36,923 nucleotides of DNA, from contig NIVC01004728.1 of the NCBI GenBank assembly GCA_002269645.1, positions 1 to 36,923 on the forward strand, given 5' to 3'. Positions 13,584 through 23,422 of this stretch are shown here, in pieces. Below the pieces are notes generated by a model. It had not been told where the DNA came from and searched no databases. It worked only from the letters and a program-made list of their open reading frames with translations. Position 1 is the stretch's first letter. Each line of letters opens with the position of its first letter. The stretch is from Macrostomum lignano (lineage: Eukaryota). The translations under genes were made by a program, and so were the position numbers.

Positions 13584-13716
13584 TTACGGCGGCACTTGAG
13601 AGGCCAAGTCGTCTGCAGGCCCGTCGTCGTTGTTCACCGTGCTGCGCGTGTCGTTGACAGTCGCATCCTTGGCTGACTTGGCCTTGCTGCACCGAAATAG
13701 GCCCATGTAGCTCGAC
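13584..13716 (-). CDS. Probable terminal exon of the minus-strand ankyrin gene
   Basis: GC-rich block after ctaattgccaag. Phase matches the donor at 28954 and gives R-SSYMGLFRCSKAK...SQVPP-stop. The linkage is inferred. Confidence 0.45.
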
Positions 13717-13758
13717 CTTGGCAATTAGAAAGTGGGCAAAATCAATCAACCAATGGCA

Positions 13759-13790
13759 TGTCTACATATAAAAACGAAAACTCTGTCTCG
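13759..13790 (+). mobile_element. Helitron-like repeat copy 2, 5' end
   Basis: tctacatataaaaacgaaaactctgtct is nearly identical to 350-378; it continues at 28048 after the inserted element. Confidence 0.6.
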
Positions 13791-14458
13791 CCCAGGTCGG
13801 CACCATATAGTAATCTTACTAATTTTCATAATAATAGTAGCGTTAAAGTGGGTAATCTTACTAAGATTCTTACTAAGATTCGTAGTAGGATAAGGCGAAA
13901 TTAGTACTTCTTACTACGACTTTGTTAGCTAATCTTGGTAATCTTATCAGGTGATCTTGGTAATCTTATTAGGTGCACAGTAGCAGAATTAGGGGGGGGG
14001 GCGTCCCTAGGCGCCAAAAACATCGCCACAATGTTGATGCAATGTTGTCTGTAAATGTCATAATGTTGCTTTTGTCGTGGCAAATGAAGCACTGTTGACA
14101 TGTCAACTTTCGCACGGAATGCTACTAATAGTAGTGTGAGAAGGATGGTTAAGTATAGCTCGTAGCAATTTTGGTAGTTTTCTTTTTAACTCTAGAAAAG
14201 AAATACAAACGTAAAAAGCAACACAGAGCAATTTATTGTACCTCCTATAAATTCAAAGATCACACAATCCGATGTGACAGTCAGAAATTTCATTCCAGTA
14301 TACTTATGGATATATTAGTATATATTAGTATACTTATACTTATTGTATAACAATTCAACCTCTAGCTTATTTTTATTTCTTCAAGCAACATCTAAATCTT
14401 CTACTAAATTAGTAGAATAAAAAGAAAAGTAACACTAAAACTATTATGTTGTCATTGC

Positions 14459-14644
14459 CAGTTGCGGATCCAGAAATTTTTGAACGGGGGCGCAGACTAA
14501 AAAAGTGCATGTTTATGCATATCATGTACACGTATATATACCTGAAAATGTGTATTTTCCATATAAAAAAAGAAAAAATCAAACTCGACGGGGGGCGCGC
14601 GCCCTGTGCGCCCCCCCCCCTCTAAGGCTCTAAATCCGCTACTG
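14459..14644. mobile_element. hAT-type MITE (186 bp)
   Basis: TIRs CAGTTGCGGATCCAG / CAGTAGCGGATTTAG (12 of 15); perfect 8-bp TSD GTCATTGC at 14451-14458 and 14645-14652. Confidence 0.9.
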
Positions 14645-14861
14645 GTCATTGCAACAAGTGTGAAACCATAATAATCTTTAGTGTTTTCTTGAATACTAGC
14701 TTACTAAGAAGATGACAAAACTTCTTTGTAAAAGTAGTAAGTACTTATTAATATTCTACTAATAATACCAAGAAGATGATCTTAGTAATCATAATATGAA
14801 TCTTAGCAAGAAACTACAAAGATAACTACGAATTGTGTAATCTTAGTAAGATTAAACAACC

Positions 14862-17074
14862 TGATGTAACCGCCCTTGTCGCCTGTCCGCTCCGTAGAGA
14901 GACGAACGCATGACTAGAGGGGGCAATGACCGTAGGCTGCCTATGACCGGGCAATGACCTGACGGACCTCCAGCACCAGACTGTCCCGCCCACATGATTA
15001 GTAGCTTTGGTAGCGCTTCGTGACCAGAGGGCCAAGGACCCACATGGACCCCACCTGTAGCCAAGGTGCAATAGTTGGTCACTCGGTCATAGTATGACCG
15101 AGTGGCTGCCACCACTCTATGTGACCTGGCGCACCTGGATCTTTCTACCAGACCTCTCGAGGCTAGAGCCCCGCCTGGATTGGTTACCAGGGGATTTAGG
15201 CTAACAGGGGAGACGCATGCAGCCGAGTACAGGGACTCTGCTTGGGGCATGATCGGGAACTCTGGGCTCAATCCTGGAGGATTTCTCAGCAGGGGATCCT
15301 TTGTGGCTGTGAGCGAGGCTGACTTGCGACTTTGATTACTAAGAGTAGTATGAGGCGAACATGTACTGTCTACAGTTTAGATTGCTCAGGGCGAAGGGAC
15401 GCGTTAGCATGGGGTTGCAACCTTCCTACTGCCATTCTGTGCCAAGACTCGCTAATCCCTCTACTGCACGCACACGCGGCCCCGCAGCACGCACTCACAG
15501 GCGGGCTGTGCACGGGGAGAGGCCATTAGCTTACCCAAACTTCCTTATGCTTTGCCACCCCGGGAGAAAGGCTTAGCAAGCCATGAGTGAAATGATGGTG
15601 AAAGATTGAATAATGATGAAGTTAGTTAATAGTTAATAATTAGGCCCTTAGGCAAATAAGCAGGCAATTAGGCGCTTCACTATTGAGTAAAATACAGCAA
15701 AAGATACGGTATCACAATTGGCTCAGCTCTCTAATCAGACAATGGAAAATAGGCAAACCCCGGATAAGCAAAGGCAATTAGAGCACAAATTAGTAGCAGG
15801 AACTTACCGGCAGCTGCACAGAGAGAGAGAGAGACGGAGTGACCGAGGGCGGCTGTAGGCTGCAGTCAGGCAGACGGTGAAGCGGCGATGCGCTGGAGCG
15901 ACGAGGCGCTGATGTAGATCAGGCGATGCTGATGATGCTGGGCGGTATCAGACCGCTGGCCGATAGGCGAGCTCACTTGGGGAGCTAAGGATAACTTGGC
16001 GGTAACAGACCGCGGACCGGCAGGGATTCGTCTTATAGACGAATGGGTCAGAACTCAATCTGACAGCAAGTCCAAAGAAGGACGAGGAGAGGAACAGAGA
16101 TAAACTCAGTTGAGTATTCTCATGCCGAAATCGCTTCCTTTTATAGACCTCACAGCCGCCTCCTCAAGGTCGTTACCATGGCTCCCTCTCTCTGATTGGC
16201 TGCCGGCAGAATGACGTCAGAATGAGTCATGATGAGAAGCATGAGACCGGCATAGCAACATGAGAAATCGGGAAATTGCGCAATCCGGAGGTGGGGTGGG
16301 GGATAATTGGCGCAGCGGGTGGTCGCGAAAGTGTTGCGCAAGCAAACATTGAGAACAATAGGGCTGGGGTCGAGAACAAAGGAATTGGAAATCGGGGATA
16401 ATTGGGGAAAACTGAGAACAATGGAAAAGTAAACATTGGAGAAAAGGTGATAATTAGGTGCGAAAACGAGAACAAAAGAAAGAGAAAATCGGAGAAAATG
16501 TGATAATTGGTGGGGGTCGAGAGAACAAAAGAAGCAAAAACGAGAACAATAGAAGCGGAGGTGGGGTGGGTGTCACATGAGAAATTTGGGAAGGAGAACA
16601 ATAGCGTGAGAAAAGGTTGCGCAAGAGAGGGGGATGAGTCATCGATGAGTCACCGAGGGGGAGAAGGGGTCACACGACTTGCGTCACCGTTTGGGAGTTT
16701 GAGAGGGGATGGGGAGACGGTGAGCACACAAAGTACTGTAAGTAGACACAGGGAAAGAGGGGACAGCGCAGGAAAAGAGTGCAGAGGGAGACAAAAAAAG
16801 GAGGAGGTAGAGAAAGTACAGGAAGAATAGGGCGGGAACAGAAGAGATAGGGTAGAGGGGGAGGTACAGAAAGGGGTAGGGGCTCCGGAAAGGCAGGTGT
16901 GGCGGCAGGAGAGACGGGACCAAGGCAGCAGGAGGTGCAGCAGAGCGGGAGTCTCCAGGCCCGGTCGGAGACCTGGCCGAGTCTCGACAGCTCTGTGCAG
17001 AGGGTGCACGGGATAGGAGGCACTTTCGAAAAAGTTCCCATGCCCTATCCCGCGACCAGAGCGTGGTTACATCA
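14862..17074 (-). repeat. 3' LTR (2213 bp)
   Basis: Direct repeat of 25780-27999; by eye about 3 substitutions and 2-3 small indels. Confidence 0.97.
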
Positions 17075-17090
17075 CACCCCCACTGCCTTT
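17075..17090 (-). other. Polypurine tract
   Basis: AAAGGCAGTGGGGGTG on minus, immediately 5' of the 3' LTR. Confidence 0.75.
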
Positions 17091-17127
17091 TGTGACGGAA
17101 CTGGTTCCGTCATCATCACTGCCCAAC

Positions 17128-20100
17128 ATGGAACCACACAGACGGGAGCGGGATCTCAACCGAACGTGAAATCACAGAATTAACAAACCGCGAGCGGGAA
17201 TGGAAAAAGGCGATAAAATAGAGGGGATAGCAATAAATTCACAAAACGAGATACATAGGTTGGAGTGCAATACAGAATTTCAAAAATTTCAACTGTTGCT
17301 GTGGCTAAAGTGGGAGGGGGGAAACACAGACAGCGCAATAGTAGGGAGAAAAATAGCGAATTGTCAACAATAAATTATCATAATTGGATAGAAGCGCAGC
17401 TGGGAGAGAGGAAACGGGGAAGGGTGAGGGAAGTGGGGAAAAAGAAGGGGGGAAGGGTTGCTAGCACACAGCCAAGGGCAGAGCCTCGGGAGAATGACGA
17501 TTACACAGGGGAAAAATACTAATGCAGCGCAGTAAATTAATAAGCTAATTTCGCCGGGAGTTCAACCGCACGGAGGCCTAGCGTCCTTGAAGGCTCGGAC
17601 CCCGCTTCAGCCAGTCAGAGGGCTTCGGGGCGATCGGTTGTAGGCTGGGAGGCGCCGCGCCGTGCGCTGGCCACTGTATAAAAGGCGCCACTGATAACGG
17701 GAGCCGGCTGCCTGCAACCTACACGGAGTCGCAGTTTCCAACCAAGGCACTCAGCGCGATTTTCCAAACTATACAACTACTCGGTAAGTCCCATCACCAA
17801 CCTGATTTCCTTTCGCCTATACGTTAAACGAAATCTACCCACTCGCCATGCCTTTCGTTTTAAACTGAGCCAATTGCAGTAATAATATATGGCCTTTCTT
17901 ACGGTAAAAGTAGTGAGCAGCCAACACAGAGCCATTTTTAGGAATTTTAGATAATGACACAACAATGACTCGTATATTGGTTATTAAAGTTTAAAAATGA
18001 ATATTATGGAAGAACCGAATATTAATAGGATAATTTCACACACACACACACGACAAACACACAACGCAAGGGGCGGAAAGGCGGGTCGGACCGGCCGGCG
18101 GACGTCGCTCAGCAGGCAGTCGGCATCCTTACTCGAAATGGGCCTCTTGATTTAGCTGGTACGGGCCATATGCCGCCACCTGAGCCATGGCACTTGCCCA
18201 TGCTTCCACATAACGTTGGGCTGCCGCGGCCGTGAGCACCACTCGGTGCCATCGGCTAGGCAAGATGTCGTTGCGCAGCACGCCCCTCAACTGCGGCAGA
18301 GTCGGGATGCCCAGGGCTTGGCATTGGACGACGAAGGCCGCATTCCGTACTTGTTGCAGCCGTGTCAGAGTTGGTGCAGACAGGGGCGGCTGCGCGATTG
18401 CAAAATGCTGCAAAGTGCCACGGGGCACCTCGGCCAGGCCCGCGTAGCCGGGCTCAACGTCGCCCAGGGCCGCCAACACCCACCCACAGCGGCGATTGAA
18501 CCGTTGCGAGAGAGTGGCGCCCAGGCCACTGTGGCAAACGGCGCATAGAGGAGGGGCGCAGAGGCCGGCGCGGAGGCCGCAAGAATGCCGTCGTGGATGA
18601 CGAGAGCCTCTTCCCATTCGGCGCCCTCGCTCAGGAAGCCCCAGAGCAGCCCTGGCAGGTCCGCAGGAAGCATGCCCCAGCGGCTGGCCAAGCTGGCCAG
18701 GCCAATCAATAGCCGGGCTCTCTGGGTTGGCGTCAGTTGTCTAGTCATCTGAGAGGAGGCTGCGCAGCTGATGATCACCTTCTTGTAGACCGGCCGATCG
18801 CAGGTGCTGAAGATTGCTGTGATGGGGGCACAGGACGGCGGCCGGGCTGTCAGGTGTGATGGTTCCTCATCCACAACCTTGCGGAGGAACTTGGCGGCCT
18901 GCCGGACTAGGTCGCTGAGGGCGTATTTGTAGGCGCTCTGGGCCGCTGCCTCGATGTACATTAACAGCGTATTGTCAACCAATCCCAGCAGGGCCGCTTT
19001 TGACAGGATGAGCAGACAGGGCCGGTCCAGGTTGTCGCGAAGTTGGCGCTCTAGAGTCGCATGCCTGTCCTCGGCCTGGAGTGGGCCATGATAGGACTCA
19101 GGCCCGACCCAGTGCACCAGATCCATAGCTGTCGCCGAAGGTTCGCCAGCCACCTGACCCCAATCGACTTCTTCTCTTTGCAGGGCGATGTCCACACTTC
19201 GGCGGCTGTTGGGCAGAACATCACGCAGGCGGCGGGCCGCCTCGCCGAATTCGGCCGCCAGGTCCGAAATGTCCGCGGTGTCGCCCCCAGCATTGGCCGG
19301 GTCGATTGTCTCGTCACCTTCTTCGACCCTGGCGGAGGCCGCCGCTGGCGGCTCGGGGCCGTCCTCCGCCTCTTGGATGGCGTCACGGGGCCGCTTTCGG
19401 CTAACTGGGCTGGCAGGACGCTCAGACGGTAAGCTGGAGCATAGCTGAATTCGATTGATGGTAGGCTTCGTGTCCATGTCAAGCTGGATAGTTCATAGAA
19501 TGCTTCAGCGATTGAAGGACAGAATGATTTCTCTGATTGATGATTTCCAGCTCTGGCAGGCGTGGGTCTTCTTATAGTGCCGGGGCTGGCTTCCCATTGG
19601 TTGAGCACATTGGGAGGCACACCTGCTGCGGCCGGGGTCGCCGTTGGCTTGGGACCGCTCGCTCTAGTCTCCGTGCGCTCTGATTGGCTGGTTCCGCCGC
19701 TTCCTGTTTCCTCACCTGTGAGCAGGGGGCAGACCCGAGACCACCTCCGGTCGCGCCCGCGGCAGATCCGTACTCCAGCCGACAGAGATCGCACTCCCAC
19801 CTCACATGCACACATTCAGATCAGGCACACAAATTAATTTGGTTAATATGAATAGAAGAGGGATTTGGGAGATTAGACTCCGGAGGATAAATGATGATGC
19901 GGCCCAACTCCCTTCGATTTCTTCCTTCAACGCCACGCGCACGCAGTTCTCATCCATGCCTCCGAGACCCTCATAAACTTAACAGCCGAAAGAATTCGAA
20001 AGAGGAATTAATCATTAATTTGACTGCCACCAGTTTGATGTACTATTATAAAAGAGAAAGGGGAACCTACCACCATCTTGGCGCATTACCAAAGAAAAGA

Positions 20101-20888
20101 AAAGGAGGATCAGCCACCATTTTGAGAGAGGTTGCTAGGGAAAACTGCCACCAATTGTACATTAACAGGGAAGAGAAAGAGGGAACCCGTCACCAATTAG
20201 AGTGGATTGCCCGGGGAAACTGCCACTATTTGCCCTTCTACCAGAGGAGAGGAAGACGAAAAACTGCCATCCTTAGAGGTGTATCATTAAAAGAAGGCGG
20301 GGAAGAAGGCTACCACTACTTGATCACCTAGAGCTCAAGGGAAGGAGAGGGAATGAAGAAAGGAAGAAACCCCCAGGAAGGCCACTACCACACGCCATAA
20401 AGTTAAAATCCCCATCTATCTACATCCTAATACCCGGCTAGTTCCCTACTTCTATTTCATCCCTTAAATTCTCATTTTCAGGATTCCGGCCGCTAGTAGC
20501 CGAGCCCATCCTTGAAGAGGAGTCCGACTACGAAGCGCCCGAAGACAGCCATTCAGAGCCGGACGCCCCCTCTGATTCTGGGCCGGCTGCGCCATCTGGT
20601 GACATAGGCGCCGCGGCTCCCGGGCCATGCGACCGCCGGGCCGCCAGCGAACCAGCGTCCGGGGCCGGTTGGCATCCGGTACCACCGCCGTTGTCAGCCC
20701 GAGCGCACGCTCCGCCGCCGGTCGCCGCGGTGACGCCCGTGGCTGCCGCTCCACAGCCCTTGCCAACCCCTGTGGTGGAGACCGACGGCTCCTGGCATTT
20801 GGTCGTGCTGTCGACGGCCCTAATAGCCGGTCTCACAATGCACTGGCTACTGCTCTTGGAGCTATTTCTGCGGCTTCCCAACTGCTGA
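17128..20888 (+). CDS. Candidate spliced antisense gene of the LTR element (exons 17128-17165, 17611-17783, 20482-20888; 205 aa, acidic/Pro-rich with C-terminal hydrophobic segment)
   Basis: ATG in caacATGg context, donors GTGAAA (17166) and GTAAGT (17784), acceptors cttcag (17610) and ttttcag (20481). Phases 2/2 and 1/1 agree and the frame has no stops. The last exon is best supported; the first two are tentative. Confidence 0.4.
18129..19477 (-). CDS. Accessory ORF of unknown function, ~449 aa if one -1 frameshift near 18530 is corrected
   Basis: Overlapping ORFs 19477-18365 and 18617-18129. Acidic disordered N-terminus with RKRPR, then a helical-looking body; no signal peptide or TM helix evident. 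Confidence 0.65.
19571..19690 (-). promoter_or_regulatory. Putative internal promoter for the accessory ORF
   Basis: Minus-strand TATAAG (19576-19571) about 95 nt upstream of the ATG; three CCAAT boxes (19596-19600, 19609-19613, 19683-19687). The 13-mer ctctgattggctg is shared with the LTR promoter (27108-27120). Confidence 0.5.
20024..20323 (-). repeat. Degenerate array of about 8 PBS-like (TGGTGGCAG-type) motifs
   Basis: Variants of ctgccacca(a/t)tt(t)g at ~20024, 20067, 20113, 20145, 20189, 20220, 20264, 20310, spaced 31-46 bp apart. Confidence 0.65.
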
Positions 20889-21473
20889 TGCTGGTGGTTC
20901 TTAATGCTTACTTACTAATTCTGAACTATCTGTCCCCATAACTTGACTTTAATTACTTACCTGACTTTACATTGACTAAACCACTGGCCTACTCTAAACT
21001 AATTGCTGCCCCATTTGCCTGATAAACTTAATTACATTGAATGCCCCCCCTATTGCCTCATCGAAACCAATTAAAAGTTTCCCAAAATCGGACTTTCACA
21101 AAGTGTGAACAAACACACGAAATCAGACCTAAAGGTGCTAATTTCCTACGGTCCCAGACTTCCATTGTTCCCAGAAAATCTTAAACAGCGGGGCAGGACC
21201 TCCTGTGGAGCAGACCCATAGAAATTTTACTAGTTTCCAAGTTAATATTTACTGATAGGGAATTAACGCATACTGTACGGGCCTAATTTTCGAGCTAAAA
21301 TCTTAGATATTTAAACAACACCAACGAGCACGAGGTCACAACATAAATTCGAGTAATAGAGGGCATACGTAAATACGCGAAAAGCGGTCTCCAACGGGGC
21401 AACACGAGCAAAATTTCGACACGCGAATCGGGGGGGGGATTAAGCAATCACTGGCTAGCTACCGATCTGTTAC

Positions 21474-21998
21474 TCAGCGGGGGTCGAATGGGAGACTCAC
21501 ACCTAGCAAGTAAACCTTTTCTGTTCGATAGTCTATGATAGCATGCGTACTGGCTAGAAAAGCACTACCCAGGAGGGAAACTGCTGCTGAATTGCCAACG
21601 ACCAGAAAGAGGATTCTCACCTCTTCTAGCCCAATAACTGCTGTGAGGGTGGCCTGGCCTAGCATCTCTAATTCATTGCCCGTGTAGGACACGGCCTTCA
21701 CACATGGGGGCTCCAGGGCCTCCACACTCTGTCCGGTAATTTTAGTAAAGTCTTTGACTGTTAGCAAAGACAGCGCACTGCCCCCATCTACCAGGAGGCG
21801 GGTGGGAACATTCTCAATTGGCAACTCTACAACAATATCTCTCCCGCGTTGTCCTCTAGCTGGTCTTGGCTGATAGAAATCGGGTACCTTCTCAAATCTA
21901 AACTTCTTGCTGGGCGGACGTGGCAGGTTAAGCTGGGCCCTAGAGAGGGAACGGGGCTGAGTTCGGGCCGGGCCATTCAGCCCTCCCACGGGTTTCCC
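21474..21998 (-). CDS. pro: Retropepsin-like aspartic protease, -1 frame relative to gag
   Basis: LLVDGGSALSLL active-site motif and LLGSAFL C-terminal motif; stop at 21476-21474 directly after the domain. Confidence 0.9.
   Translation of the reverse strand, partial: GKPVGGLNGPARTQPRSLSRAQLNLPRPPSKKFRFEKVPDFYQPRPARGQRGRDIVVELPIENVPTRLLVDGGSALSLLTVKDFTKITGQSVEALEPPCVKAVSYTGNELEMLGQATLTAVIGLEEVRILFLVVGNSAAVSLLGSAFLASTHAIIDYRTEKVYLLGVSLPFDPR
21935..21998 (-). promoter_or_regulatory. -1 programmed ribosomal frameshift signal
   Basis: In-frame heptamer G GGA AAC (21998-21992), 8-nt spacer, stem GGGCTGA/TCAGCCC (21983-21977 with 21960-21954), and loop GGCCC able to pair with downstream GGGCC (possible pseudoknot). 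Confidence 0.8.
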
Positions 21999-23422
21999 GA
22001 ACCCGGGGGCTCTTCAGGCGTGGAAGGAGGAGGCATCAGAGCTTGCGCGCGCAGCTGGGCGAGCCTCTCCTGCCTCTCCCTGGTAGCCTCGTCTAACATA
22101 TCTCTGCCCCACTCCTCTAAATCTTGCCTATGGCGATCAGGTGGCGCACGAAGCTGCAATTGCTGCTGCTGCACACCCGGCGCCGGCGGCGTGGGCGCCT
22201 CCTGAATTGCAAGCGGCGGGGGCTGGGGTTGGCGCCAGTTCCTACTGCTATTAGAGCCGCCCTGCCCCTGCCTCCAGTTCCTGTTGGGAGTGGCGGGGCG
22301 AGGGGGCCTCATCTGCTGGGGCAGCTGGGCAACAGACTCTGCTGTCGCCTTCATAGTTTCATTGAGCTGCACCAGCTGGTTGCGCAGATCCTTTTGCGTT
22401 TGCTCTAGCGCGCCCAACCTCTCTTGCATCTCTGATAGGCCGTCACCGTCCTCCTCCGTCTCGTCAGCTTCCTGGTTCACCATCCTGACCCACTTGCGAG
22501 GGGGCCTGGGTGGCTGCTGAGGTTGCAGACGGACTTCGGTGCGGGACTCAGACCTGGGCGGGCCACTACTGTCCCATTTCCCGGCTAAGTCTGCGGCTTC
22601 TAACAGGGCTTGCTGCTGTTCTAACACCTGCTCAATTGTCTGCCAGCGACGGCTCAACAGATCTTGTCTGACCTGGCGGGGGAGCTTAGCGTGTTCCAAG
22701 TAGGTGTACACGATTTCTTGTTCTCTCTGCTCACCCTGAATCTGAGGAAACATGGCCGTTATCTGAGATCTTATCATAGCAGCAAAAGCACTATGTGATT
22801 GGCCGGGTTTCTGGCTCAGATTCTTCAGCTTATTTCTCTTAGCCAGATCAGTGTTGGCCTCGCCCAACTGCTCTCCTAATCTAGATACGAACTGCTCAAA
22901 GGGCAATTGCCCGTCCAATCCTAAGGCTAAGTTCTGAAATTCACCTGGGAGGTGCGAGATGAGCACCTGCTTCCTAGCCTGATCTCCTACAGTTCTCTCC
23001 GCGTCCAGCTTGTAGATCATTCTCTCTACCCATTGCACAAAACAGTGTTCGCCGGGAGAGAACTTTTCTACGTAGATTTTCGGCCTCTGGGCGTCTTGGC
23101 CCATGTTTAGCTGGTTAAACGCATTGGCTATAGCGGCAACTAAGTCTCCTAGCTGCGGGACTGCCTGAGGAGGATTCTGGGCTGCGTCCGGGGGAGCAGC
23201 GGCGGCTGCTGCGCCACCCTGATTGGGAGCGGGAGCTGCTACTCCTTCATCTGGTTCCTCAACTACTACTGCTTCTGGAGGCTGAGGGACCTGGTTACCA
23301 GCGGCTGCGGCCATTGCGGCTGCGGGGGCGGCAACTGCTGGGGTGTCAGCGGCCGAGGGTGGTTGACCAGGGGCGTCTGCGCACACAGCTTCTACGACCC
23401 TATCTCCACGCGCCCGTGACAT
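21977..23422 (-). CDS. gag: Gag-like protein, 481 aa
   Basis: Intact ORF from ATG 23422; capsid-like region (KFSPGEHCFVQWVERM...LKNLSQKPGQSHSAFAAMIR), coiled-coil and Q/P-rich C-terminus; no CCHC knuckle. Confidence 0.85.
   Translation of the reverse strand: MSRARGDRVVEAVCADAPGQPPSAADTPAVAAPAAAMAAAAGNQVPQPPEAVVVEEPDEGVAAPAPNQGGAAAAAAPPDAAQNPPQAVPQLGDLVAAIANAFNQLNMGQDAQRPKIYVEKFSPGEHCFVQWVERMIYKLDAERTVGDQARKQVLISHLPGEFQNLALGLDGQLPFEQFVSRLGEQLGEANTDLAKRNKLKNLSQKPGQSHSAFAAMIRSQITAMFPQIQGEQREQEIVYTYLEHAKLPRQVRQDLLSRRWQTIEQVLEQQQALLEAADLAGKWDSSGPPRSESRTEVRLQPQQPPRPPRKWVRMVNQEADETEEDGDGLSEMQERLGALEQTQKDLRNQLVQLNETMKATAESVAQLPQQMRPPRPATPNRNWRQGQGGSNSSRNWRQPQPPPLAIQEAPTPPAPGVQQQQLQLRAPPDRHRQDLEEWGRDMLDEATRERQERLAQLRAQALMPPPSTPEEPPGSGNPWEG

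Noticed and set aside
14826-17041. Short ORFs inside the LTRs and their duplicates at 25720-28079
   Set aside because: No domain features; identical in both LTRs simply because of LTR duplication.
17677-17684. TATAAAAG as an antisense promoter
   Set aside because: It falls within the open frame of the candidate antisense exon 17611-17783. It cannot be told apart from coding sequence without TSS data, so it is not listed as a feature.
18129-19477. Calling the accessory ORF env
   Set aside because: No signal peptide, furin site or TM anchor visible.
19051-19815. 254-aa minus ORF
   Set aside because: Its 5' half overlaps the TATA/CCAAT region and its 3' half is an alternative frame of the better-supported ORF starting at 19477.
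20528-20881. 117-aa minus ORF
   Set aside because: No ATG start or splice signals; looks like the antisense shadow of the + strand exon 20482-20888.
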